Shown here piece after piece: positions 51,467-64,000 of a DNA stretch of 64,000 nucleotides (the stretch's first letter is position 1; the number at the start of each line of letters is the position of its first letter). Source of the DNA: Bispira polyomma (lineage: Eukaryota); NCBI GenBank assembly GCA_965649765.1, contig OZ287757.1, positions 23,126,001-23,190,000 of the forward strand, written 5' to 3'. The translations under genes were made by a program, and so were the position numbers. The notes beneath the pieces were generated by a model. It was not told the DNA's origin. It searched no databases and saw nothing but the letters and a program-made list of their open reading frames with translations.

Positions 51467-54197
51467 CAAGACATTTTCTTAATTTTTTGGTAGTGATACA
51501 ACATCTCGCAGAAACAAGTCACTATCTTGTGGGATCTTGTGGGATCAACTTAAAATTTTTCTACTGAATTTATTTTTAATCAGTCAGAAGTGTTTGTGTA
51601 ATCCTGAAGTTAAACGAAGTATGTGGCAATTATTAAAATTAAATGGAATGTTGATAAATAACAGTGACAGTTGGATTTTTTCTACTATAATAGAATATTA
51701 CAATTCTGCTTCCATGCAGTAATGTAATACATTAATTATTAAGCCTATGACAGAAACAGGGTTATTTGAATGAAGATACTGTAAAACTCTCTTCGGTGAA
51801 TTATTCAGTGGCAAACAACATAGTTCCATTTGAAAACTAATTATGTTTAAAACTTATTCTAATAGATCCTTCACAAAGTTTCCTCCAGGGAACTTACAAT
51901 ATGTTTCGTAAGCAACATAGGTATGAGGAACAACAACTGAATCACTAGTGATATCAAGCTCTACATGTTACCTATTTACTTATGTTATTTAGTGCAAGAC
52001 TCCAGTTGTTATCTTGAATTTATGAGGTAGTTCAAAGAGGGGCATTACTTCATCTGTTTGTGATTAGATCCACTTGTAATCCTCTCATAGTCACATTACA
52101 ATGACGACCAAGTGGCCAGTTACTTACCTCACTGTGATAAAATATCAGCTCATAAATACAAGACGCACTATAATTGAGAAGAATATAAAAATAATATATC
52201 TCAGTATAAATGTTATTTCAATTAAACATGGAATATAAAATATTATTTGCATTCGTGTATTAAAAGAAAATAATGAATATTACAGTTTTAAATACAGTGG
52301 AATGTTCTTTAACATTTTCGAAAAAACAACAATTCTAACCCTTATGCAATTTGTTATAACCAACAAAAGATTACCAAACAGGGTACATTGATTATAATTA
52401 AAACCCTTGTGTTATTAGTTAGATTGAATAGCAATATAGAAAATTGCATTTGTTTATTATACATGATATTCACATTACATAATTATTATATCTTTTAGAG
52501 GGCATAATTAACACTGCATTTTCTATTCAAATGCTTACTATTACCATCCAGTCTATAAAGGCTTGTGAGACAAACAATACATTAACAATAAAAAGTATTC
52601 ATGACAGTGCATGGAGTATAAGGTTAAGGTGAGACATACATTGTGAAATGCAATTTATTGCAGCAAAAAGAATTAACATTCAATTTTCAGATGCCAACCT
52701 TTTGTGGAAAAAACATAACTTATAATCAATGTTACAAAGTTTATACCAGTTTGAGTTGTCATTTTAGCAAAGAATCCAAAGACAAACTGTAATATATGCA
52801 CAGAACATTTTTATCTTCAACAATATAATTTACTATTGAGGTAAATTGATTTATAGAATTTGTAGCATCTCAATTTTTCACAAGTTGATGTAAACTATAG
52901 ATGGCCTTGCGTTATGCAGAGGGAGCTATTTATGATTTCTTTCTCAAAATGAAAGCTCTCTCTTACAGCTACTAGAGATATCTATATCTGGTATAACAAG
53001 TAATTAAATATGTGTGATCATTATGGATAGTTTTAGGACGTCTGGAAGTCAGAATAAAGTTGATTCTTAATCCACACAACATAAGTATGAAGTGGATCCA
53101 CAAATCCAGTGCTTTGAACATATCTCTTTCTGAAAGCCGTCCTCAAATTAACATTGATATGTATTATCTTATTAAGTCCAACCTCTATCAGATCCATACA
53201 AAGAGCTGCTAAAGAGTTCCACAAATGACCTACAATTGAGTATGGGAATCACTAAATGTCATAGCGAGATAGCAGAATCACTAGATTGTGATGGCATGCT
53301 ATTTTCCCATTGATTTTAACATAATTTCCATCACTTACTAATATACTAGTAGTCAGTAGCTTACTAAGTATTTTGTAGAGCTTTGTAAAACAAGGGCCTG
53401 GTTAGTGTTTTAAATTGCATACCTAAAAGTCTCAGATCTTTATTATTTTACAGGGATCTAGAACTGATTGAACTTGAAGAGGTTTTGTGTACAGAAAATG
53501 GTCTATGACAGAAAGACCATCGGGAAATCTCAGAACACACCAATCTAAGTCTGGGCTTCCTTTCAGAATGTTTTTCTCGCGCGATGTCCGATTTTATCCG
53601 TCATTATTTATAATTTGGAAGTGCTTCTTTTTAACATATGTCTCTCAGATCAGACGTCAGGGAGTAATGAACTTATGAACTTATGGTTGCTGCTGTGTGA
53701 ATAATTTGGATGCTTCTAATATTTTCTTAATTTATACCTAAATTTCATTCTATTTGCATATTTATTATTTGTAGTATAGGGGAAACAAGTAAGAAGTAAA
53801 TTTGTATTTGAAAAGTTATTGTGTTTGGCCAAATTATAAATATAGTACCAACCATAAGTTAAGTGATTCAATATAATACTTAAGACCTCCTACTTACCAT
53901 TGTATCTCCATTGCTGCTTCCTCGACATTGATCCCTTTCTGCCCCTCCTGTTGTCACAATTTTTTTACATGTATGTTATGTCAGTATACTGTGCCAAAGA
54001 TATGGTAGTATAATGCGCTCATGTATGACACATGATTTTTCCTACATTTATGGCGGCATCTATAATTTCTTTGGTTTTAGTTATTTTTTTTTTGAAAATA
54101 TATGTAATATATGTAATTCGTTTTTTTGTTTTCCCATTTCTTGAACGACAAGGGAAAAACTAGGTACAATTAAAATGAGCAAATTCACATTTGGCGT

Positions 54198-54200
<3 letters not shown>

Positions 54201-54245
<45 letters not shown>
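54201..54245. repeat. (AT)n microsatellite
   Basis: Perfect AT run; another at 34283-34310. Confidence 0.95.
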
Positions 54246-54247
<2 letters not shown>

Positions 54248-55039
54248 CTAATGGCTGGTTAACTATCATCAAAGGTGATAACATACATGTACCCTTTAGG
54301 AGCTTCATCTGTTATAATTTATTATACACACCCAAGTGTGTGGACTTGTGGTTGAGTTACTGTCCACACTGAGGGAAGGTGTTATTTGAGAAAATGATGT
54401 TTGGAACTGTGAGAGAGGAAACATGGAAGGGTGGTTGGAAAGAGTGAGGGAACAAATAAGAAGGTTGGAGAAAGAGGAAGAAAACAAGGGAAAGTGTTAA
54501 ATATTTTAGAAGAGGGAAAGAATGAAGGAGTTTTCAGCAAACTACCTTGTTAGCCTAAGCTTCCTTTCAGCATCTTTTTATCGACCGATGTCAGCTGATT
54601 TTTTCGTTCACTACATAATTTAACCAAGTGCTTTCTTTTAGCATATTTGCATCAGATTCGATCTGATGTCGGCCGAAGTCTGTTGGGTCAATGGTTTTTA
54701 TATGTCAGAGAGCAAAAAATCGGTAGGACTGTCAACCAGCTTTTGAACAGTCTATTCATCTAGGCCAAACAGCTAAGTTTTATGTTTTTTCCTAAAAAAA
54801 CAACATTGTCCAGACTCCTAATGTGGAAAGAAAAGCAGTTCCAAATTTTTGGGGCAGACAGTTCAAAACATTTATCCCCATGTCTATTGTGTGTCCTAGG
54901 AACATCATACTAGAGTATATCGAAAGAACGAAACTGCTGAATTTGTTCTTCTGTATAGAGGAAGACAGTCAGAGAGATAGGAGGGAGATGTCCCTCTGTT
55001 GGTATTGTAAATCAAAACCAAGACTTTGAATACTATTTT

Positions 55040-57420
55040 TTTCTAAGTGGGAAGCCAGTGAAGCTGGTGTAGAATGACATTGATTTTTAAGTCCCGTGGT
55101 GCGCTATAAGCCATCCTTGCAGCTGCACATTGAACATTTTGAAGCTTTTGCAGAAGACCCTTGCTGATGCCAAGTGGCAAGCTATTGCAATAGTCTAAAC
55201 ATGATGTGACACAGGCATGAATGAGATACTTTGCGGCCTCCACAGTGAGGAATCTTTTGATTTTGGCAATGCTTCTAAGGTAAAGAAAGTTGAAGACACT
55301 TTTTGATAAACAAATTTTTCCATTGTCATACATGAATCAAATATTGCACCAAGATTTCTAGCATGTGTTTTACTGTCAGTGTGAATATTGCCAACTATTA
55401 CTGAAATAGAGGGATGTTTCCTGAGAAAATATGGTGAAGTGAATTAAAGTACTTCAGTTTTATCGTCATTTAACTTTAAAAAAATTTAATAGCATCCATT
55501 TCTTATGTCAACTATGCACGATTCTAATGCAGCCATACAGCCTTGATGAACATCATATGGGTTAAAATTCATGTACAGCTGAGTGCCATCTGCATAACAG
55601 TGGTGGTCAATACAATGGCGAATCGCAATTTCACCGACAGGCGCAATATACATACTAAAAAGGATAAGACCAAGAACCGAAACACGGAAAAACACCAAAA
55701 TGTAGTTGATACTCAAAGACAGTTTTCCACACACAATTACTGATTGTGAACGTCCTGATAAGTATGACTTAAACCGCTTCAGGGCATTTTTAACTATTCC
55801 AAAAAGAGACTTCATCCAAGTGAACAAGATGCTATGATCAATTGTATCAAAAGCAGCACTGAGATTTAACAAAACAAGTGTTGCCATTTGTTTGTTATAG
55901 AGAATTTTTAGTGTATCAGATTGAAGTTTGACTAGGGCTGTTTCTGTAGAGTAATATCAATGGTACGCTGACTGCATTTTTGTATTGAGATTGTATGAAT
56001 CTAAGTGATGTTCTTAGCGTTTGGCATAAATTTTCTCAATGATTTTGGAAACAAAGTTTAAAATTAGACACATGACGGTGGTTCTTCATGTTTTTAGGAC
56101 CCAAAGAGATCTTTTCAATAAGGCGTAATATAAGTGCTCTCTTTATCTTGTCAGGCACACAGGCTTTTTCAGGGATAGATCTATCGGGTGATTTTAACAC
56201 CATCTTTGTGGATTGGTTTTAATCACGGATTGGTTTTAATACAATATCCAAGCTAAACTCCAATAGAGAAGTTGGTATAGGGTCTAAGATACAAGTCACA
56301 TTAGATGCCATAATGAGTTTGTGAAATTCCTCTGTGGTAGCAGGGCAAAATCAGTCAAGTGTCCAGAACTATTCTTGCAGCCCAACTCACACAACAAGTC
56401 AGCTGTAGTGAGTCTGTGTATATCCGTATTGAGTGTATTTCTAATTTTGATTATTTTGTCCACAAAGATGGTGTTAAAATCACCCGGTAATTTAGTGGGC
56501 TCCATATTTAAGGACAAAACGGGGTCGGAGCTCCAATAAGGATTTTGTTGGCAAGGCTGAAAAGTTTTCTTTTGTCATTCACTGTGGTCAAAACTTGAGA
56601 TGAGAAAACTCCCTTTTTGCATCTTTCATTAGATAGTTAAAAAATTGAGTTTGCTTTCTTAAGCGATTCTAATCAGAATGCAAGCCAGATTCTTTCCAGG
56701 CTCTTTCATATCTGCATCTTACAACTTTGGCCTTTCGAATGCTGGAGTTGTACCACTGTGTATTTGGACATATAATGACAGACTTGGTCACTACTGGGGC
56801 ATGTCCATCAAGTTTTGCTGACTGTTCTTTATGCAGCACTGCAGAAGCATGAGATACATCCCTGCAGTGTGAAACCACACAGTACAAGTCTGCCACATCT
56901 TTTTTTAAAGAATCAATATCAATAGACCTTGGTTTTCTAAATGACACCGTCTTCTCTATTGGTGAGAGCTTGCTGTGTTTTTTGTTACAGACAATCATTG
57001 AATGCTAAAAAAGCAGCATCATTCACACCAGTACATAATACTGAGGAATCCCCCGTTCAGAATATGGTCACCCAAATGAGTGTTTTGATCTACATGTTGA
57101 CTGAGTCCACAGCTATCCAGAATTTGCAGTAACCTCTGTGTTAACTTTGAGTTTGGATCATCTAAATGTTTTTTAAAATCACCGGTCACTATTACGTTTG
57201 TTATGAAGAGTACTGAAATTTGTGATAACTGTTGCAAATTTATCAAGAAACTGGTTGTCCACTAGTAGAGGTTTGTAGATTAACAAAAGTCTATATGATA
57301 CTGATCCCAGTGATATGATACACTCCATATGTTCAAATGTTGCAATGTCTGCAAATGTGACATTTTTAATGGAAATGCTCTTTTTAAATAGTAAGCCAAC
57401 ACCACCTCCTAACTTTTTTT
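55040..57420 (-). mobile_element. Decayed L2-clade LINE ORF2 (APE + RT)
   Basis: GGGVGLLFK, IVTGDF, LVLLNLSAAFDTIDH, CYADGTQLY, IHACVTSCLDYCNSL, LHQLHWLP across frameshifted ORFs. Confidence 0.9.
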
Positions 57421-58175
57421 CCCAATAACCACTTACAATGATAAATGAACATCAATTAAATAAGCAACACACAAAATTTTAGTCCTAAACCAACACATAA
57501 AATTCAAACCTCTAAAACAATAACCACTTAACCATGATCAAAATAGTGTAAACACTTAAACATTTGAAATTAGGATTTTATTTCTTTCATTAAATGAACT
57601 TATTGTGAACTGATTGTAAACAATTCCAGTCACTGAAGTGTTAAGAAGTATAGTCTCTTTAAAGTGGAATGATGCTATGTTACCCTCTATGAGGGTGTGT
57701 GGAAATGGTGTGAATGATTGTTTACCAAATAGGGATGAAGACCAGCAAGCATCCGAACAGAAGTCAGTTAAAACCCTTCAGGCAGGTGAAAAATACATTT
57801 TTTATTTCGAATCCTAAAAGTTTCATTATAGAAATACATTAAAATAGTACAGCCTGATAAGTCATATTGGTGTAAAACTGGGATACTGAGTCAGCTGGAC
57901 AACTCAGCCCTCATTAGCTTAAGTATATGTTAGAACTTGCACAATAAATTTAAAAAAAAATAGAAGCAATTTTATAGTCTTGAGAAAGAGTAATATTGTG
58001 TCTACCCTCACCTCATGCAAGGAAATACTTATATATATTATTTGATTCCTCGTATACATGAAGATATACATTTGACAAATAGCAAAAAGGAAGGAAAAAC
58101 AAACAAAAACTTAATATTGTATTGTATTGTACATTTTTAACGTGCCTTATTGATGATAGGCATCAGAATCAATCA

Positions 58176-58250
58176 GCCAATAGAAAAATCGAAAAACATA
58201 GCCGGTTGTAAGGATGGATGCGTCATATTAACATATTTATATATAAATAT
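58176..58250 (+). promoter_or_regulatory. Candidate promoter in the left terminus of the YR element
   Basis: gccaat at ~58176 and tatataaata at ~58240, ~370 nt upstream of the gag ATG. Confidence 0.35.
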
Positions 58251-58608
58251 TATGGCTCACCAGTCATTGTATTACTAGCACGACCCCTTTAGGGGGCCTG
58301 CTGTCTCAGTTCCTAACCCCCTTCCTTTCCTTTTTTAAGGGCACTATTCTTGTTCCCCATTCTGTCCATCCCTCATTAGCTATGAACCAATCACACTGCA
58401 CAGGCTTCATGATTTTGTGTTTTTGGCCCCTGCTCAGGCACCATTTTCACCCCAAGTGTACAAGGGTAAACATCAAGTCAGAAAACATTTTAAAAATTTA
58501 TATTTGTGAACTCATGCTAGTGTTTTTATTGATTTTAGTGTTTATTTGATTTTAGTTTACGCTCGTTCACACCACTATTGCAATATTATTGGACGGACTG
58601 CTAAGAAA

Positions 58609-59578
58609 ATGCCAGGTAGCGCGCCAGCAAAGACCAAGTCAACCAGAAGGGGTAAAGTATCTGATCTGGTCGTCCGAAATCTTAGAGTCCCTCTGTCAGA
58701 GGCCAGTAAATCTGATGTTCCTTCCGAGAACGTGATACCGGACAATACTGCTATGATGGCCATACTCCAAAGGCTGGAGTCCGCTAACACCGAGATACAC
58801 AGAAGATTGGATCGTGTGACTTCCAGAAACTCTACCCCATTGGGTTTGCCTCATAACCCTCCTCACAACGACACTATGGTGGACCTTCGACGTCTGGATC
58901 TACGTCCACAACTCCCTGTCGAACTCGCCAACACTCTCCCCATTCAGGGACAAGCTACATGTCAGATGCAGGCCAGTAACGACTACACGCGAGATGGCAT
59001 TGTCCCGAGGGTAGATGTGTTAACCAGAAATCAGGTTGATTTAATTCCACTGACATTTGCCTTACTGACCACATGCTAGGTGGGCGAATGAAGGTTGGGT
59101 GGGGGGTACGGCCCGGAAACGATCACAGTTCGATGAACTTTCCATGCCCCAGTGGGCAGCCGGACAGCTATCTAATATTGCTCAGGTTTGTGATATTACC
59201 ACCATGAAATGTATGCTACATCAGATGATCTATGCGTTTAGAGACGCCAACGTTCTCCCTTGGCCTAACGTCAGAACTGCATGGGGACATAGCATGCAGG
59301 AATTGGAAGAAGGCAGGCTCGACTGGGCTAACGCCACTCAGTGGTCATTAAACAGACTTAGTGTTTCTCAGTTGACCCTTGCGAACGGTCATACCACACA
59401 ACAGGTTTCTCAGAAGCCCAAGGTAATTTGCAAGTACTTTAACTCAGGCTCTTGTAGCCACGACGGAGATCACAACCAGTACAAACATAATTATGCGCAT
59501 TGTTTCAAGGTTTTGAACAAAGAAAATAATCACCCAGAATTCAAGTGCCTTAAAGCCAATTCTGCCAAAACTACCTAG
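58609..59578 (+). pseudogene. YR-element Gag-like ORF (broken near 59079-59099)
   Basis: ATG at 58609 (MPGSAPAKTK..); FDELSMPQWAAG; Cys/His finger ICKYFNSGSCSHDGDH...HNYAHC...HPEFKC. Confidence 0.75.
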
Positions 59579-60298
59579 GATGGTGGTCGACGATACAGGA
59601 CAGACTCTGCCAGTAAAAGTTGTGTAATTAATTATGAAAGTAAAATCAATAGTATAAGTTCAAATTACTATGACTCTTGTTTCAGGGACTTTGATAGTAA
59701 TTTAATTAAGACACAAGTTTGTGCAGATAGTTGCACAGGCAGCCAGACATTTTATAAACATTCTGTTAACAATCAATGTAATGTCACATATGATAATTTG
59801 TATGTTTTGCCTCATTGTGAGAAGGCCTCGACTATGAATACTGCTGGTCTTAAAAATTTTGAATTTCATAATGTACTCGAAAATTGGGGTCATCATTATT
59901 CTGGTAATGAGATTCACTCTGTTTTGGTCAACAGTGCTCCCTTATATGTTGATTATTGGAATATGGCCTGCAGTATCTCTGTCTTGGATTTCTTATATGT
60001 CGATAATGGTGGGCATCACCCTGTTATATTTTTGGATTTTCCTGACTACACCAGTGCCTCAGGTTTCTATTATCAAAATTGTTATAGGGACAATATCAGT
60101 TATGTTCCCTTAGGGGACATACCTAGCTTTCCTTTTGGTGTTTCCTATATATTCCAAGCTAGGATACTGATTGATTATAACTTTTTGAATTTTCAACAAC
60201 TCAATGAATTTCAAAACAACTCTGCTAAATTAGCTCATTAAAACTATTTAAAAGATGTTAATTCCCTGTGGGTACGGGGATATGATTACACCTTTTAT

Positions 60299-62232
60299 AT
60301 GCAGGAAATCATTGATGGCATCATCAAGGCAGATGATGTCATGATTGATAGTATCCCCAGTAATGAATGTTTTGTTAATAAACTTACGCAGGCTAGAATC
60401 ATGCGGCGTTCCGATATTGTCTCCGATGGCTGTGAAGAGCTGGACAGCTTAGTCATGGCTGATTCGTCTTCTTCGAAAAATAACACTAAAGACCTGGTTG
60501 TTTCCCATAAATCTGTTGGTTTCTTAAGCAAATCTGATACAAAATTTCAGTTCATTGGCCCTGATAAAGATTTTGTGGCTATTAATTCAATTAATGATAT
60601 GTGTCTCATTGCTGACACCATAAGATCCACAGGTTTACCTAATTATGCTCAAACTCGTATTCCCATTTGCTGTGGCTTGAATATCCCGGCTTGGGAACTT
60701 ATTACACATAACCATCCTGACCAACTTATTTGTCAGTATTTAAAGTTTGGATTTCCCCTATCCTTAAGTAAATCCTTTGAGTTAAATTGCACAGATATAA
60801 CTAACCATCACTCTGCGATACAGTACCCTGATGCAGTTAACAAGTATCTTAACAAAGAAAAAAGTAAGGGTGCTATGTTAGGCCCTGTTTCCAACTTAGC
60901 AAACCCACATTACCACTGTTCTCCCTTACTCACCACCCCTAAGGATATTACTGATAGACGGGTAATACTTAACCTTTCACACCCGCAGGGTACCTCAGTT
61001 AATGACCATGTACCAATTTGACGGTACTGAATTTTCACTTAAATTTCCGAATATTGACAATGTTACGGATGCTATCAATAATACCAGAGACCCGGTGGCA
61101 TTCAAGGTGGACGTTTCCAGGGCCTTTCGTAATCTCCGTGTCAACCCTGTCGACGCCCTCAAATTTGGTATAAATTGGGATGGAAAATACTACCTTGATC
61201 CTGCGGTTGCCTTTGGGTGGGCTTTTGGCAGTGCGGCCTTTTCAGAGATGCTCTGATATTATTGCAGACCACATGCTTAGTTTAGGTTTTAAACTCCATT
61301 GCTACATTGATGACTACCTTTGCATATGTACTAAGGTCAAGGCCAAGGTAGGTTTTGAAAAATTATGTAATCTATTAGATGATCTAGGTCTCCTCATAAA
61401 CCCCAGTAAAATTTCTCCTCCCTCAACTAAGGTTACTTACCTGGGTATCGATGTGGATATATCTGCAGGTACCATAAGTATCACACAAGAAAAAATTGAC
61501 CAAATACACTTAGAGTGCATTGAAGCACGTAGCCAGAACTGGTTATCCCGTACTAGATTACAGTCCCTCTTGGGAAAGCTTCTTTATATACACAAGTGTG
61601 TTAAATCTGCTACGTGCTTTATTAACAGGCTTCTTTCCGTTCTTAGAGCTTCCCCTAACTCCAAGAGGTTTAAGGTCACTGATAATATGAAATATGACCT
61701 TGATTGGTTTATTCACTTCTTACATGCTTACAATGGTATTACCTATTTTAACCCTAAGGATATCGATTTCTCACACGAACTTCATCTTGACGCCTGTTTC
61801 ACAGGTATGGGGGCCCTATGGGGCCAGGAGATTTATTTCACACCCGTTATTAACATTTTTGGTCAAAGATTGGCCATTACCCAGTTGGAGATGCTCAATG
61901 TTGTCATTTCACTTAGAGTTTGGGGGGAATCCTGGGCTCACCATAAGGTTACTTTTAATTGCGACAACCTGGCAGTTGTCCTGGTCGTTATGACCAGCAA
62001 GACTAAGGACCCATTCTTAGCTGCGTGTATACGCAATAATTGGCTCATTTGCTCTATTCATGATATTACTATAAAAGTTCAACACATTCCAGGCAAGGAT
62101 AATATATACGCTGACGTATTATCGCGTGTATATTCCACACGTCCTCCTGATCCACAAATCATGTTGGCTCTTAGTAAGCACACACGTAGAGATGTCCCCT
62201 TACACTATCATAATTTAGATTTTAATATCTGA
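60299..62232 (+). pseudogene. YR-element reverse transcriptase / RNase H (two frameshifts)
   Basis: YLKFGFP, NHHSA, SPLLTTPK..RRVILNLS, FKVDVSRAFRNL, FGW, CYIDDYL, YLGIDVD; RNase H LDAC, ITQLEML, CDN, NIYADVLSR; frameshifts near 61010 and 61250. Confidence 0.92.
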
Positions 62233-62238
62233 TTACAG

Positions 62239-63214
62239 GTTCCACACAAGCATCATTGGCTCTGGGGGATCCTGCCATCAGGAGAATCCACACAGCTCTC
62301 AGACCTTCCACCACTGCAGCTTATACTTCGCAGTTTAGAACATTTCTTTCTTTTCTGCATTATGTTAACATGCACCATATCTCTATCCACTCTATTTTGG
62401 CCTTTTTGGAGTATTTGGCCCAGAATGGCCTTTCCCCTAAAGTTATTAAAAACTACCTGGCTGCTTTAAGGTTCATGACCCAGAAGTTTAATATCCTCCC
62501 AGATATTTTCCATCACAATTCCATCTCTCTGTTTATTCGTAGTTTGTTACACAATTCTCACTTCAGGCCCTCCCCAAAGGGTTATTCTCCATCAAACACT
62601 TGTCCTTCATTTCTCAGGCCTGTCATATATCACAGGACCCCATTCTTTTTAGATCCATTTTTCTTGTGGCCTTTTATGGCTTTTTAAGATTGTCCAATAT
62701 CGCTCCCCACTCTAGGGCCAAGTTTGATCCCACCAGACACATTCTTAGACAGGATGTGGTCTTTGGTTCCCCTGGGGCCCACTTAATTATTAAGTGGTCC
62801 AAGAATATGCAAGATAGGACCTCTACACATGTCATACAGCTTCCTTCCATCTCTGTCCCTCACATATGTCCAGTGCAGGCTCTTTCCGCACTCCTTTCCT
62901 CTAGGGACCTACCCCCTTCTGCTCCACTGTTTGTTGTTTCTAAACCCCCTCATTTTCCCATCATTGATTCACATGTCAGATCTGCCCTTAGGCAAATTCT
63001 ACTCCATCTTGGAATTGATCCTTCATTCCATGGTTTTCATACTTTTCGCAGGTCTGGCACTACAGCAGCTTTTATTAATAACGTTTCCCTCCAAAATATT
63101 ATGGCCCATGGCGTTTGGCGTAGTTCCGCCGTGTGGTCTTACCTCCAATCCACCTCCCAAGCTGCTTCCATTGTTCCCAATACTTTCTCCTCCATTGTCT
63201 CTTCCTCCATTTAG
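62239..63214 (+). pseudogene. YR-element tyrosine recombinase (one frameshift near 62580)
   Basis: N-terminal ALRPSTTAAY; catalytic AFYGFLRLSN, KWSK, HTFRRSG, HGVWRSSAVWSY. Confidence 0.92.
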
Positions 63215-63645
63215 TTGGGTTTGGGCTTATATTAAAATCTCATTTTATAACATTTTAATATACTTTTACCTACCCTGTACATATATACTAACCTGTACAG
63301 AATAAAATACCTCAAACCTTATTCTGGTTCTCACTTAGCTTTCACCATAACTTCTCCTCCACTTCAACCTTCACCTTTGGGAACTGTTTTATACTTATCC
63401 GCCCTGCAGAAAGTCATTATGATTCCACTATGTGAATTAGGCAAGTCTTCTCTGTGCACATACAAACACTTTTCTTAGCAGCGGTATCTATTTACAAACT
63501 CAAACTGCCCTTATATAATGATTGAGAGGAAAGAATTTGAAGAAAGTCTTGAGTAGGGGTGCTTGTTTGGTGGGGGATACCTTCCGGTATTTTGGGCTGC
63601 TGTCCCCCACCTAAAGTATGTAAATAATATCCAATAATGTATACA

Positions 63646-63783
63646 CTCATTAGTGTAAACCAATGTATATATTGTGTGTATATATTTTTCATGTATTTAA
63701 ATACTATAAACAATGCTCATTAGTGTAAACCAATGTATATATTGTGTGTATATATTTTTCAGGTAATTAAATACCATAAACAA
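63646..63783 (+). repeat. 70-bp tandem duplication
   Basis: ctcattagtgtaaaccaatgtatatattgtgtgtatatatttttca at 63646 and 63716. Confidence 0.9.
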
Positions 63784-64000
63784 CCAGTGATTAGGTCTGT
63801 CAGTTTAATAAACTGGCTATTTCAATCCATCACAGTTGTTTCCTTTTGTTGATAACACTCTGGCGCAGGGTAGCTATAAACAAATATCACATTTATACTG
63901 ACAAGCCTGATGTTTTCCCCTTAGGTGTATGTCACTCATCCCTGGTCAGTGTGTGGGGAGGGAGCCTAACTTACCAGAGAAGCAACATTCATTTCTTATA

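Larger units (their letters stand above)
44980..53960 (+). repeat. Segmental duplication, copy B (contains the Tx1 insertion)
   Basis: Same collinear blocks as copy A, with many substitutions and indels. Confidence 0.85.
58135..64000 (+). mobile_element. Tyrosine-recombinase retrotransposon (DIRS order, Ngaro-like); right end probably beyond the window
   Basis: Order gag - RT - RNase H - YR on one strand, with no methyltransferase seen after RNase H. Boundaries are approximate. Confidence 0.88.

Noticed and set aside
62829-63305. Alternative-frame ORFs within the YR element (also 61694-61993 and 59859-60113)
   Set aside because: Off-frame shadows of RT/YR coding sequence with no motifs.
58135-63640. 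Terminal repeats (ITR or split direct repeats) of the YR element
   Set aside because: No convincing match between the left terminus and 63214-64000; the right end probably lies outside the window.

Overview
AT-rich eukaryotic DNA, most likely from an invertebrate animal. The repeat repertoire suggests a lophotrochozoan, which is an inference. There are two convergent spliced genes. (1) A 13-coding-exon MPP7-like MAGUK p55 gene on + (6392-18672; L27-L27-PDZ-SH3-HOOK-GK, 565 aa, all GT-AG introns in consistent phase) with a strongly degenerate GK pocket. (2) A 2-coding-exon, 361-aa unknown protein on - (26880-23717). The rest is repeat-derived: several tRNA-SINE families, TA-flanked MITEs, many minisatellites, an old ~9-kb tandem segmental duplication (36.2-54.0 kb), a decayed L1/Tx1 LINE, a decayed L2 LINE, and a fairly young Ngaro-type tyrosine-recombinase retrotransposon at the right end. 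The most unusual signal is that five separate exon/intron junctions of the MPP7-like gene have each been tandemly amplified into the adjacent intron. This leaves arrays of intact-looking decoy splice sites with exon stubs; in the three arrays I translated, the stubs run into in-frame stops. A second signal is a phase-matched splice that would join the Gag ATG of the YR element to its ATG-less recombinase ORF.
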